Source of the DNA: Vicinamibacterales bacterium
GTDB lineage: Bacteria; Acidobacteriota; Vicinamibacteria; Vicinamibacterales; G965249535
Assembly: GCA_965249535.1 (NCBI GenBank)
Contig: OZ252241.1
Location: 2,684,730 to 2,748,729, forward strand
DNA length: 64,000 nucleotides
Direction: 5' to 3'
Shown here: piece by piece, positions 46,299 through 55,432 of the stretch
How positions within the stretch are numbered: position 1 is the stretch's first letter
Layout: every line of letters begins with the position of its first letter
Program-made: the position numbers and the translations under genes
Notes under the pieces: model-generated
Told to the model about the DNA's origin: nothing
Database searches by the model: none
Seen by the model: only the letters and a program-made list of their open reading frames with translations

Positions 46299-47287
46299 AA
46301 CTTCTCATCACAGGAGTGACGGGTTTTACTGGTGGTCACTTAGCTAAGCTGCTTGTAACGGCCGGACATGATGTCAGGGGTCTGGTTCGTCAGAGAAGTC
46401 TTAATAGTGTAGCGACTCGAAATCTTGAGGATAATCATGTGGAGGTGGTTGTCGGCGACCTCGTTGATCCCATCTCTTTGGATCGAGCGTGTGAAAGTGT
46501 TGAGCTCATTTATCACATTGCAGCAACATACAGACAAGCAGGTCAGCCGAATTCAGCTTACTGGGCAATCAACGTTCAAGGGACTGACAATCTTCTTGAG
46601 TCGGCTCGCAAAACTGGAGTGCGACGATTTGTCCATTGCAGTACTGGTGGAGTGCACGGGCACATAGATCGTCCACCTGCAAATGAAGATGCGCCACTTG
46701 CACCCGGAGATATTTATCAAAGAACGAAACTAGAGGCAGAGGTTCTTGCTCGACAGTTTGGTCAAGTTAATAGTCTTGACGTAGTAATAGCACGTCCAAT
46801 CGGCATTTATGGCCCTGGTGATACCAGATTTCTAAAAATGTTCCTAGGGATCGCTAAAGGGTGTTTTCCCATTCTTGGGTCAGGTGAAGTTTTTTATCAT
46901 TTGACTTACATTGAAGACCTAGTGGAAGGGCTTAAATTATGCGGAGAAAAAACCGGTGCAAGCGGGCGGACCTACATTTTGGCTGGTCCAGAGTATACGA
47001 CACTTAATAAGTTGGTTCAGTTGATTTCGGCCGAACTCGATGTACCAACTCCTAGGTGGCGATTCCCAGTGTGGCCGTTTTGGCTCGGTGGGGCACTATG
47101 CGAGCTATTGTGTGTACCGCTCAAACTCGAACCTCCGCTCTATCGGCGACGGGTTGATTTCTATACGAAGAGCCGAGCTTTTGATAGTTCGCGTGCAAAG
47201 CGTGAGCTGGGCTATGCTCCGAATGTGGATCTGAGAACAGGAATTAAGTTAACGAGTGATTGGTACCGTCAAAATGGTTGGTTGTGA
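46295..47287 (+). CDS. NAD-dependent sugar epimerase/dehydratase (extended SDR)
   Basis: Rossmann motif ITGVTGFTGGHL and catalytic YQRTK (YxxxK). Its start overlaps the upstream stop by 4 nt. Confidence 0.88.
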   Translation: MKLLITGVTGFTGGHLAKLLVTAGHDVRGLVRQRSLNSVATRNLEDNHVEVVVGDLVDPISLDRACESVELIYHIAATYRQAGQPNSAYWAINVQGTDNLLESARKTGVRRFVHCSTGGVHGHIDRPPANEDAPLAPGDIYQRTKLEAEVLARQFGQVNSLDVVIARPIGIYGPGDTRFLKMFLGIAKGCFPILGSGEVFYHLTYIEDLVEGLKLCGEKTGASGRTYILAGPEYTTLNKLVQLISAELDVPTPRWRFPVWPFWLGGALCELLCVPLKLEPPLYRRRVDFYTKSRAFDSSRAKRELGYAPNVDLRTGIKLTSDWYRQNGWL

Positions 47288-47290
47288 TTG

Positions 47291-48523
47291 ATGAGTAAGA
47301 TGAATCGCCTCAACATTGTTCATATCTGCGACCATCTCGGTTGGGCTGGTTCACGAATGCACGGTGTGAAACGCCTTTTTTCTTGGATGATTCCGAGGTT
47401 TGACACCAATCGATTCAATGTGACACTTATTAGTTTAAGGAAGAAAGATCTGTCTGAAGAGACACTCGAACAGTTCGGAATAGAAGTTACCTATTTAGGT
47501 AAATCGAAGTTTGATCCTATGACGCTACCGGCTCTGCTCGCAATGCTAGATCGTAAACGAGCAGACGTCTTGCACCTGCATGGATTTGGTGCGACCACGT
47601 TTGGCAGACTCGCGGCAGCTTGGCGAAGGTGGCCGGTTGTCTTACATGAACATTCAAACAGTGGAACACATGGATCGCGATCAGGTGTTACTAAAACACC
47701 GTGGTTTCAGAAGCTCGCTGATGCACTATTAGCACCTTATACCGATCTAGCGATCGCCGCATCAAAATCAACAGCTCGGTTCGTTGTGCAAGAGCGACGA
47801 ATACCAACTGTGAGAACCAAGGTTGTCTATCTCGGAGCACCACTTGAGGAATTCGGACAACCTTTGGAACCCGAGAGCGTTAAAAGAGCTCGTGATTTTC
47901 TCGGTATTACTCCAAAGACAACGGCCGTTGGTACCGTGACACGCTTGATGCCTCCAAAAGGGAATCGGTATTTGGTGGCGGCAGCTAGGTATGTTTTAGA
48001 GATAGAACCGAGTGCTAGGTTTTACATAGTGGGTGAGGGTGAGCTTCGATCCGTACTTGAGGCCCAAGCGCATGATCTTGGTGTGGCAGATCGAGTTACA
48101 TTCACTGGTTATACGCGCGAAGTGGCAGCAGCTTTTGCAGCACTGGACGTGGTAGTCTTTCCTTCGCTTTGGGAAGGGACGCCTCTAACGGCATTCGAGG
48201 CACTAGCGATGGGAAAACCAATCGTCGCATCTGCTACTGACGGGCTAACGGATATTCTCACTCACAATCATGACGCATTGCTTGTACCAAAGGCAGATAG
48301 TCGAGCGTTGGCGAAAGCGATATTGGAATTGTTACACGATTCTCAGTTACGGGAACGATTAGGTCGGCAGGCCCAAGTGACGAGCACCGTCTATGATGTC
48401 AGAGATTTTGTAAGGAAGATGGAGCGACTCTATACGATCTTGCATGAAACATCTCGTCGCACAAGTCGGGCTGGAGTACTTGAAGCCGATCTTGATTTCT
48501 TATCTAAGGGCATCCGGTTGTGA
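47291..48523 (+). CDS. GT4-family glycosyltransferase
   Basis: Contains VGTVTRLMPPKGNRYL, GEGELRS and VVFPSLWEGTPLTAFEALAMGKPIVAS. Confidence 0.85.
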   Translation: MSKMNRLNIVHICDHLGWAGSRMHGVKRLFSWMIPRFDTNRFNVTLISLRKKDLSEETLEQFGIEVTYLGKSKFDPMTLPALLAMLDRKRADVLHLHGFGATTFGRLAAAWRRWPVVLHEHSNSGTHGSRSGVTKTPWFQKLADALLAPYTDLAIAASKSTARFVVQERRIPTVRTKVVYLGAPLEEFGQPLEPESVKRARDFLGITPKTTAVGTVTRLMPPKGNRYLVAAARYVLEIEPSARFYIVGEGELRSVLEAQAHDLGVADRVTFTGYTREVAAAFAALDVVVFPSLWEGTPLTAFEALAMGKPIVASATDGLTDILTHNHDALLVPKADSRALAKAILELLHDSQLRERLGRQAQVTSTVYDVRDFVRKMERLYTILHETSRRTSRAGVLEADLDFLSKGIRL

Positions 48524-50487
48524 AGACATTGAGTTGGCAACATTCTGAGGCCACACGTGTTGGTTTCATTCTTTGTCTGATTCTCCTGGCTATACTCCTC
48601 GGCTTTGCCTTGTCTGTCGACTTACCAAAGTCTACCAGGGGATTTAGGAGTGACTCTGCAACCTACTATAGCCTCGCTCATAGTTTGGCCACTGATTATG
48701 ATTTTTATTTTGATCATTCGGACTTGGTACGGGTATGGGAAGAGTATCCGACGGGTCCTGAAGGAATCTTTCTTAAGCGTGGAAAAACTGTAAATTTTGA
48801 CTTCGATAGTACCTTTCCGTTCGTCCACTGGATCACTAGAGACGATCCACAAACAGATCGCTTGTATTACGGAAAAGCTTACATTTACCCGCTGGTCGCG
48901 GCCCCATTCGTTTGGCTATTTGGTACAAATGGGTTTCTCGTGCTTCACGTTATTATGTTAGTGTTGGGTGTAGCAGCGGCATATGCTTTTCTTGTTGCTC
49001 GCGCTCCACCAGCTGCTGCAGCTAGCTATGCCCTTGTATTTTTCTTTGCCTCGATGGTACCAGTTTATATAGTCTCGCTGACTCCAGATCTTTTTAACCT
49101 GTCTATCGCACTCTACGGACTCTTTCTGTGGAGTTACAAAAAGGTAGCACCATCCGTCTCGCATACTGGCACGTTAGCTGGACATTTCAACCGCTTCCTG
49201 AGGTCCAGGGGTTCTGATTATCTCGCCGTGATTCTTCTTGGAGTAGTTACGTTCTCAAAGCCAATATACATAACGCTGATCTTGCCGATACTTTTACATT
49301 CAGCCAGACAACGTCACTGGTTCCAAGGATTGTTTTTAGGTGCCATATTCGTGGCTACAGTAGGAGGATTGTTTGTCGTTAACGGAGTCGTTACTGGTGA
49401 ACTCAATTACCAGGGGGGTGATCGCAAGACATTCTATTCAGGGACCGGTGGGTATCCCTTCCAGACGTACGAAGCTACGTTTGATACTACAGGCCGGAGG
49501 CGTGCAACCGACACGGTACCTCTAGGGATTCTCGTCAATCGCGATGCGTTGCTAGAGGTATTTCCTCGTAATCTGGTGTATTTCTCCTTGGGGCGTCATA
49601 GTGGGCTTGTGCCTTACTTTTTCCCTGGGGTACTGAGCTTGTTGATGTTCTTGGGGGCAGGCAGTCGTCGGCAATCGTGGCAATGGCTGATTGGTGCAAC
49701 ACTCACGGTGTCGGTGATTGCTCTCCTACTTTACATGCCATTTACGTACTCGGGTGGTGGTGGGCCCGTTGGAAACCGCTACTTCATGGGGTACTACCCG
49801 TTATTATTGTTTCTTACGCCGCAACTCGGTTCATCGATTTCTTCGTTAGTTGCCGCGACCGTTGGAGGTCTGTTCACGGCTCAATTGGTGTTGAATCCGT
49901 TTTCTGCCACAGCCCAACCAGAGGACCATCCAAAGAGTGGTCCCTATCGCTTGTTACCGGTTGAGTTGTCGCTGGTCAACGATTTACCGGTGAATCTGAC
50001 GCGGTGGCGTACCAGACAACCTCTACTCGGCAACCCGCCTCTACTGGCCTATTTTCTCGATGACAATTCTTATAGTGTAGAGCAGGGTGGGTTTTGGCTT
50101 AGAGGTCGGTCACGTTCAGAGATCATCGTGCGCGCACGAACTCGACAACGGGCCGAGGGGTCTCAGGAATCTCTACGTATAAGGCAACTGAATGTAGAGA
50201 TTAGCACAGGCGAGATTGGAAATCGTGTAACCGTTGAAACTGGAGCTGAGAAATTGGAGGTCCAACTGGGCCGATATAGGAGTCAAGTGATAAGCGTGAA
50301 GGTACCGAAGGGTTTTCCGTATCGACCAGGAGTTGCTCCAACCAACTACGTTTACTTGGTGTCGGTTTCTTGTATAAGCGGCTTTCCTGAAAAAGGATCG
50401 TTTCCGATGCCGTCCTTTAATTCTAATGGGCGGGGTAACCGATTCCTCGGTGCTTTGATAAAGATAACCCCGATCTATGAGTCGTAG
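48520..50487 (+). CDS. Large polytopic membrane protein, GT-C-fold (ArnT/PMT-like) glycosyltransferase candidate
   Basis: 655 aa with more than 10 TM helices. The first extracytoplasmic loop reads FRSDSATYYSLAHSLATDYDF (acidic/aromatic, like GT-C loop 1). A C-terminal soluble domain of about 170 aa follows. The start overlaps the upstream stop by 4 nt. Confidence 0.55.
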   Translation: MKTLSWQHSEATRVGFILCLILLAILLGFALSVDLPKSTRGFRSDSATYYSLAHSLATDYDFYFDHSDLVRVWEEYPTGPEGIFLKRGKTVNFDFDSTFPFVHWITRDDPQTDRLYYGKAYIYPLVAAPFVWLFGTNGFLVLHVIMLVLGVAAAYAFLVARAPPAAAASYALVFFFASMVPVYIVSLTPDLFNLSIALYGLFLWSYKKVAPSVSHTGTLAGHFNRFLRSRGSDYLAVILLGVVTFSKPIYITLILPILLHSARQRHWFQGLFLGAIFVATVGGLFVVNGVVTGELNYQGGDRKTFYSGTGGYPFQTYEATFDTTGRRRATDTVPLGILVNRDALLEVFPRNLVYFSLGRHSGLVPYFFPGVLSLLMFLGAGSRRQSWQWLIGATLTVSVIALLLYMPFTYSGGGGPVGNRYFMGYYPLLLFLTPQLGSSISSLVAATVGGLFTAQLVLNPFSATAQPEDHPKSGPYRLLPVELSLVNDLPVNLTRWRTRQPLLGNPPLLAYFLDDNSYSVEQGGFWLRGRSRSEIIVRARTRQRAEGSQESLRIRQLNVEISTGEIGNRVTVETGAEKLEVQLGRYRSQVISVKVPKGFPYRPGVAPTNYVYLVSVSCISGFPEKGSFPMPSFNSNGRGNRFLGALIKITPIYES

Positions 50488-50615
50488 GTACTTGGTATGT
50501 TTTATGCGTTTGAATTGGTTGACTGAGAATTTAGGACTGAGGATGTCCCTGTTTTCTCTTGTTATGAGAGAAAATTTGTTAAAACGATCGCAGATGTTGG
50601 TAGTAATCTTTTATC

Positions 50616-51659
50616 TTGGCTCGCATAGCTGTCTTGACATCGCATCCGCCGTTTGCTGAAGGTGGACATCTAGTTATCGCTCATGGTTTGGTGGAAGCAC
50701 TTCGTTCAGCTGGACACCATGCTATGGTCGTGCTGACACCACAGAATCGCTTTGGCCGACGGGCTTCAGCCTACCTTGCGACGTGGTTAACAGATATAGG
50801 AATAAGTTATGATGGAAAGCCAATAGATCAGGTGATTAGTCTTCGCTATCCCAGTTACGCAATTCGACATCCAAACCATGTTTGCTGGCTCAACCATCGG
50901 ATGAGAGAGTACTACGATCAGTGGGAATCATTTCGTGAACGGCTTTCATGGAAGGGATTATTAAAGGAACGAGTCAGACGCTCTCTGGTTCATGCCGTTG
51001 ACCGGCAATTATTAACGCGCAATGTTCACCGTCTTTTTGCCCAATCCAAAACCATCCAGGCACGTCTCGTGCGATGGGGCAAGATTCCCTCTGAGGTGTT
51101 ATATCCACCTCCACCTTCACGTCGTTACCATTGTGATTCATTTGGCGACTACCTTTTTGTTGTCTCACGCTTGACACCCCTCAAACGCGTTGACCTCGTT
51201 ATTGAAGCGCTTAGGCGACCTGAGGCTGCTGGAATTCATTGTGTAATTGCTGGTGATGGTGAGTTCCGATCAGTTCTAGCGGAAAGAGTTCTTACGTACG
51301 GGCTCAGTGACCGAGTGAAACTTGTTGGCCTGATTAATGATGATGAACTGGTTAATCACTTAGGTCGTTGTCGAGCGGTTTGTTTTCCACCATATTCAGA
51401 AGATTATGGTTTGGTTACGGTTGAAGCCTTCGCCTCACAAAAGCCGGTCATTACCTGCGTGGATAGCGGTGGACCTGCTGAATTGGTCATCGATCACGAG
51501 AACGGCCTAGTTTGTGAGCCTGCAGCCGAATCTTTAGCACTTGCTATGCGAACGCTGATGGATGACCGTGACATGGCTGAACAGATGGGAGAAGTTGGTC
51601 ATCGACAGGTGTCAGAAATGACTTGGCAACGGACTCTAGAGAAGTTGGTCCTCGTGTAA
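50616..51659 (+). CDS. GT4-family glycosyltransferase
   Basis: Contains VSRLTPLKRVDL, AGDGEFRS and SEDYGLVTVEAFASQKPVITCVDSGGPAELV. TTG start. Confidence 0.8.
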   Translation: MARIAVLTSHPPFAEGGHLVIAHGLVEALRSAGHHAMVVLTPQNRFGRRASAYLATWLTDIGISYDGKPIDQVISLRYPSYAIRHPNHVCWLNHRMREYYDQWESFRERLSWKGLLKERVRRSLVHAVDRQLLTRNVHRLFAQSKTIQARLVRWGKIPSEVLYPPPPSRRYHCDSFGDYLFVVSRLTPLKRVDLVIEALRRPEAAGIHCVIAGDGEFRSVLAERVLTYGLSDRVKLVGLINDDELVNHLGRCRAVCFPPYSEDYGLVTVEAFASQKPVITCVDSGGPAELVIDHENGLVCEPAAESLALAMRTLMDDRDMAEQMGEVGHRQVSEMTWQRTLEKLVLV

Positions 51660-51787
51660 GATAGACATTCTAAGTCTGAAGAAAGTTTATGGTAAGACAC
51701 TCTGCCAAAAGCGAATTTCAGAATCCCAGTTATAAGTAGCCTTATATTCCATAGTCCTAACTTGAGACTAGTACAAACGGTGATGTT

Positions 51788-52395
51788 ATGCCTTATCGAA
51801 ACGATTTAGAGGCCCGCCTAGCGAAGAAGACTACCAAGGCTATTGTGGACTTTAATTTGATTGAAGACGGCGATCGCATCATGGTTGACTTGTTCGGCGG
51901 TAAGGATAGTTGGGCACTTATGCAGTTGCTTGATGTGTTGAGGAGACGGTCACCGGTCAAGTTCAGTTTAGTTGAGGTTAATGTAGATTCAGGATACAAA
52001 GGTTGCAAACACGAAACGATTGCCAGTACTTGTCAGGAACGAGGCTGGGATTACCGAATAGAGCACACATCCATTGGAGAAGTTAGGTGCGACGAAAATT
52101 ACTCTTGGACACCATGCTGATGACTTTATTGAGACGCTTCTACTTAATCTTTTTTTCAGGCAGTCTAAAGGCTATGCCAGCCATTGGGCGCTGTTGTCAT
52201 GTTTGCGGAGATCTAAGTCTTCAACGTCAACGCATCAAACGGCTGCTTTTAAGTCTTGAGAGAGAACATTCTGGGGTGAAAAGTTCGATGCTAAGGGCAT
52301 TGGCAAATGTTGCACCTCGTCATTGTATTAGACACACGTCTTCATCCTGTGAAAGAGCTACGCGCACAGTCGCTGACACAGCTGAAGTTTCATGA
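51788..52395 (+). pseudogene. ttcA: Degraded tRNA 2-thiocytidine biosynthesis gene (ttcA relic)
   Basis: Fragments lie in three frames. 51788..52120 carries the PP-loop region IMVDLFGGKDS, where family members have SGGKDS. 52074..52259 encodes [26 protein letters not shown]. 52087..52395 encodes [24 protein letters not shown]. The CxxC Fe-S segment and the VIRPL segment known from TtcA are absent. Confidence 0.8.
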
Positions 52396-52443
52396 AGATA
52401 GATCTGAAACCGTGTTAACGGAATAGTGCTCACCTGATCTAGC

Positions 52444-52893
52444 ATGAGAGCTGTTCTCCAAAGAGTTACTTTTGCGCGCGTCACCATAGGGGCAAAAGTG
52501 GTCGGCAGAATTGACCGTGGACTCGTAGTGCTTGTCGGGATTAGCAAGATTGATGGACCAAGCGATGTCTTATATTTAGTGAAGAAGGTGTGCGGTCTGC
52601 GTATATTTCAGGACAGAGAGGGAAGGATTAACAGATCCTTAAAGGAGTCTGGAGGAAGTATTCTCGTTGTTTCTCAATCCACCGTGTACGGTGACTGCCG
52701 TAAAGGTCGCCGTCTTTCATATGCTGCTGCTGCCGCGCCAGAAGTTGCACGTAAGATTTACGAGGATTTCGTTCGGTCATTGCGGCGTACCGGCGTGCCA
52801 GTTCAGACTGGTGAATTTCAAGAAATGATGCAGGTTGAAATTATTAACGACGGGCCCGTTACATTACTGCTCGAAAGTTCACGGACTTTTTGA
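52444..52893 (+). CDS. dtd: D-aminoacyl-tRNA deacylase
   Basis: 149 aa with MRAVLQRV, GLVVLVGI, ILVVSQSTVYGD (family: SQFTL) and IINDGPVTLLLES. Confidence 0.88.
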   Translation: MRAVLQRVTFARVTIGAKVVGRIDRGLVVLVGISKIDGPSDVLYLVKKVCGLRIFQDREGRINRSLKESGGSILVVSQSTVYGDCRKGRRLSYAAAAAPEVARKIYEDFVRSLRRTGVPVQTGEFQEMMQVEIINDGPVTLLLESSRTF

Positions 52894-52906
52894 TCACTTC
52901 ACCTGG

Positions 52907-53533
52907 ATGTTTTCAAACCGCTTACTTCTGATCGTTCTTGGTGGAGAAGCCGTATTGGCACTCCTGGGCTTCTTGTGGATCAGGATAAGAAACCTACCCT
53001 TCGAAACAGGTTCTCCCGTATTCGGATTGATATTAGGCATGGTAGCTGCTGGTGCGTTTGGTCTCGTTAATTTATACCTACTACGTGGTGCACCAGCGGT
53101 AGCTGGTGTTCGGTCGATTCGACGATTGTACTATGACGTGCTGAGGCCTTTATTTGTGGGGCTCGGTCCTTTTGAGGTTATTCCGGTCGGCTTGGCTGCT
53201 GGTTTAGGTGAGGAGGTACTATTTCGTGGAGCGATTCAACCGGAGCTTGGTATTGTACCGGCGAGTTTACTTTTTGGGGCGGCACATGTAGACCGAAGTG
53301 AGAATCTCATGTTCGGTTGTTGGGCCGCCATTTTTGGCTTGATATTAGGATGGCTTGCGATCGTGACTGGAGGTCTTCTTGCTCCAGTGGTCGCTCATGC
53401 TGTTTATGACACGGCTGCGCTCACTTACATTCGCCTGACGGCAGGCGAGCGAATTATTCCTTTAGCATTAATTTACGGACAGAGAGAGACAAAACCAAAG
53501 ATCGCTTCCAGAAGGAAGGTTCTGAATTCATGA
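52907..53533 (+). CDS. CPBP-family intramembrane glutamic endopeptidase (CAAX protease/Abi-like)
   Basis: All three CPBP motifs are present: GLGEEVLFRGAIQ, LLFGAAH and VVAHAVYD. ATG 52907 is chosen because the upstream part of the track ORF overlaps dtd. Confidence 0.85.
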   Translation: MFSNRLLLIVLGGEAVLALLGFLWIRIRNLPFETGSPVFGLILGMVAAGAFGLVNLYLLRGAPAVAGVRSIRRLYYDVLRPLFVGLGPFEVIPVGLAAGLGEEVLFRGAIQPELGIVPASLLFGAAHVDRSENLMFGCWAAIFGLILGWLAIVTGGLLAPVVAHAVYDTAALTYIRLTAGERIIPLALIYGQRETKPKIASRRKVLNS

Positions 53534-54384
53534 TGAAAAAATTGCTTAGACGACGCATGGTTGTGGTTTTTGTTTTTGGAGTCGCGGGTACGGTATCAGC
53601 CCAGCAGCGTCCTCTCGTAACAGAAGATCCAGAGACGATTGGTTCTGGTCTTGTGTTAATCGAAGGAGGAGTTGATTATGCACGTGATCAACGTTTTCCT
53701 GTTTCTGGACTGAAAGGAAATCTACTAAGGCTACCACTACTTGGATTCAGTATTGGCGTAAGCTCGATTGCTGAGATCCAGATTGATGGGTTGTCGTTTA
53801 GTCGGCTCAGTATTGCCGAGAGGCAGCAGGCACCGCACTCAGAGAGACTGAATTTTACAGGTGATATGACCGGAAGTATGGAGGATCTGGTTGTTGGTAC
53901 GAAGGTCCGCCTGGTTTCTGAGTTAGCTCGACGTCCTGCGTTTGGACTCCAGTTTGCTACTCGTCTACCGAGCACAGGCAGTCAAACTGGACTGGGGTTG
54001 GGTACTACTGATTTTTCTGCAAAACTCTTGGGCGGTAAGACAGTTCAGTCGGTGAGAGTTGTTGGCAATGTTGGTGTTGGTATCCTCGGAGATCCGACCC
54101 GCGGAGACCGTAAGAATGAAGTAGTGTTGTATGGTGTGTCATTTGCACGTGCGGTTGCACAAGGTTTTGAGCTAGTTGGTGAACTTAACGGGAGAATTGA
54201 TACTCGGAAAGGAGATCCTCCTCCTGGCACTGAAAATCGGTCAGGGATGCGCTTTGGTGCACGATACACACGAGGCACAATTCGGATCGATGCTGCAGTC
54301 CTGGCTGGTCTCACTTCACGTGATCCAAGCTTAGGAGTAACAGCAGGATTCACGTGGGTGTTTCAGGGATTCCAAATTCCTTGA
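53530..54384 (+). CDS. Outer-membrane beta-barrel protein (uncharacterised family)
   Basis: Signal peptide MMKKLLRRRMVVVFVFGVAGTVSAQQ, an alternating beta-strand pattern, and a C-terminus GFTWVFQGFQIP. Confidence 0.6.
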   Translation: MMKKLLRRRMVVVFVFGVAGTVSAQQRPLVTEDPETIGSGLVLIEGGVDYARDQRFPVSGLKGNLLRLPLLGFSIGVSSIAEIQIDGLSFSRLSIAERQQAPHSERLNFTGDMTGSMEDLVVGTKVRLVSELARRPAFGLQFATRLPSTGSQTGLGLGTTDFSAKLLGGKTVQSVRVVGNVGVGILGDPTRGDRKNEVVLYGVSFARAVAQGFELVGELNGRIDTRKGDPPPGTENRSGMRFGARYTRGTIRIDAAVLAGLTSRDPSLGVTAGFTWVFQGFQIP

Positions 54385-54422
54385 GTTTGGTTTGAGGATG
54401 AATACTTGATGACCGAAAAACA

Positions 54423-55247
54423 ATGAACATCATTAAGGCACACGCCTACGGGAATGATTTCCTCTTTGTACGCGAGGACCAAACTGGTGATAGAGATTCT
54501 GCTGAACTCGCACGAATTACGTGCGCTCGTAATACAGGCGTAGGTGCCGACGGGTTGATTTTTTATCGTCGTACGGAGTCTGGTGCGAGGATGAAATTGG
54601 TTAATGCAGATGGAAGTCAGGCAGAGATTTCTGGGAATGCAGTTCGGTGTTTGGCGGCGATCGTTTTGAGATATGAAGTCAAAGCTCCAGATTATTCGGC
54701 TAGTCTAAACTTGGAGGAGAGACCTGAACCACAGGTGGTAATCGAAACTCAGTCTGGAAATGTGCCTCTCGTATTATTGGGAGTAGCGGACAACCGCTAT
54801 ACATTTCGTGCAATGATGGGAAGTCCTCGTGACATTAGAATGTTCAAGCTTGACATTGCTGGAGAGGGTGTACAGGTGGTGACATTATCGGTAGGCAATC
54901 CACACTGCGTAATCCTTGGACCACCATTAGACGAGGCGAGGTTACGACGACTTGGCCCAGCACTTTCTTGCCATTCTTTATTCCCGGATGGTACGAATGT
55001 TGAGTTAGTTGAAGTCGAGACTACAGAAAGGATTAGGATCCTTATTTGGGAACGCGGTGTAGGTGAGACCAGTGCCTCTGGGACTGGTGCGTGTGCGGCA
55101 GCAGTCGCGGCAATGACTTACAGTGAAGTTGGAGGTGAAGTCGAAGTGATTTCAAAAGGAGGTTCGCAGCGCGTGGCGTGGCACAACGATGGATTATATT
55201 TGACTGGCTGGGCTGAGGTAAGTATGGAAGGACAGATGTTTCTTTGA
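54423..55247 (+). CDS. dapF: Diaminopimelate epimerase
   Basis: Contains AYGNDFLFV, GADGLIF, the first catalytic Cys in SGNAVRC, VGNPHCV, and the second catalytic Cys in ETSASGTGACAAA. Confidence 0.92.
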   Translation: MNIIKAHAYGNDFLFVREDQTGDRDSAELARITCARNTGVGADGLIFYRRTESGARMKLVNADGSQAEISGNAVRCLAAIVLRYEVKAPDYSASLNLEERPEPQVVIETQSGNVPLVLLGVADNRYTFRAMMGSPRDIRMFKLDIAGEGVQVVTLSVGNPHCVILGPPLDEARLRRLGPALSCHSLFPDGTNVELVEVETTERIRILIWERGVGETSASGTGACAAAVAAMTYSEVGGEVEVISKGGSQRVAWHNDGLYLTGWAEVSMEGQMFL

Positions 55248-55432
55248 ATTGAGATCCTCGTAATTTTCAAGATAGGTGTATGACCTTATGATTACTTTGA
55301 TTGATGCTGTCCGACTGATCGACGAGTAATGAGAAGCCATAGCAGGGGTGGTTTCAAAAATATTTTTGTGAATCTTTGAAAGTTCTTGCTGACTTGAAAT
55401 TACCAATATATTTTGGCATGTGGTTTTATCGG

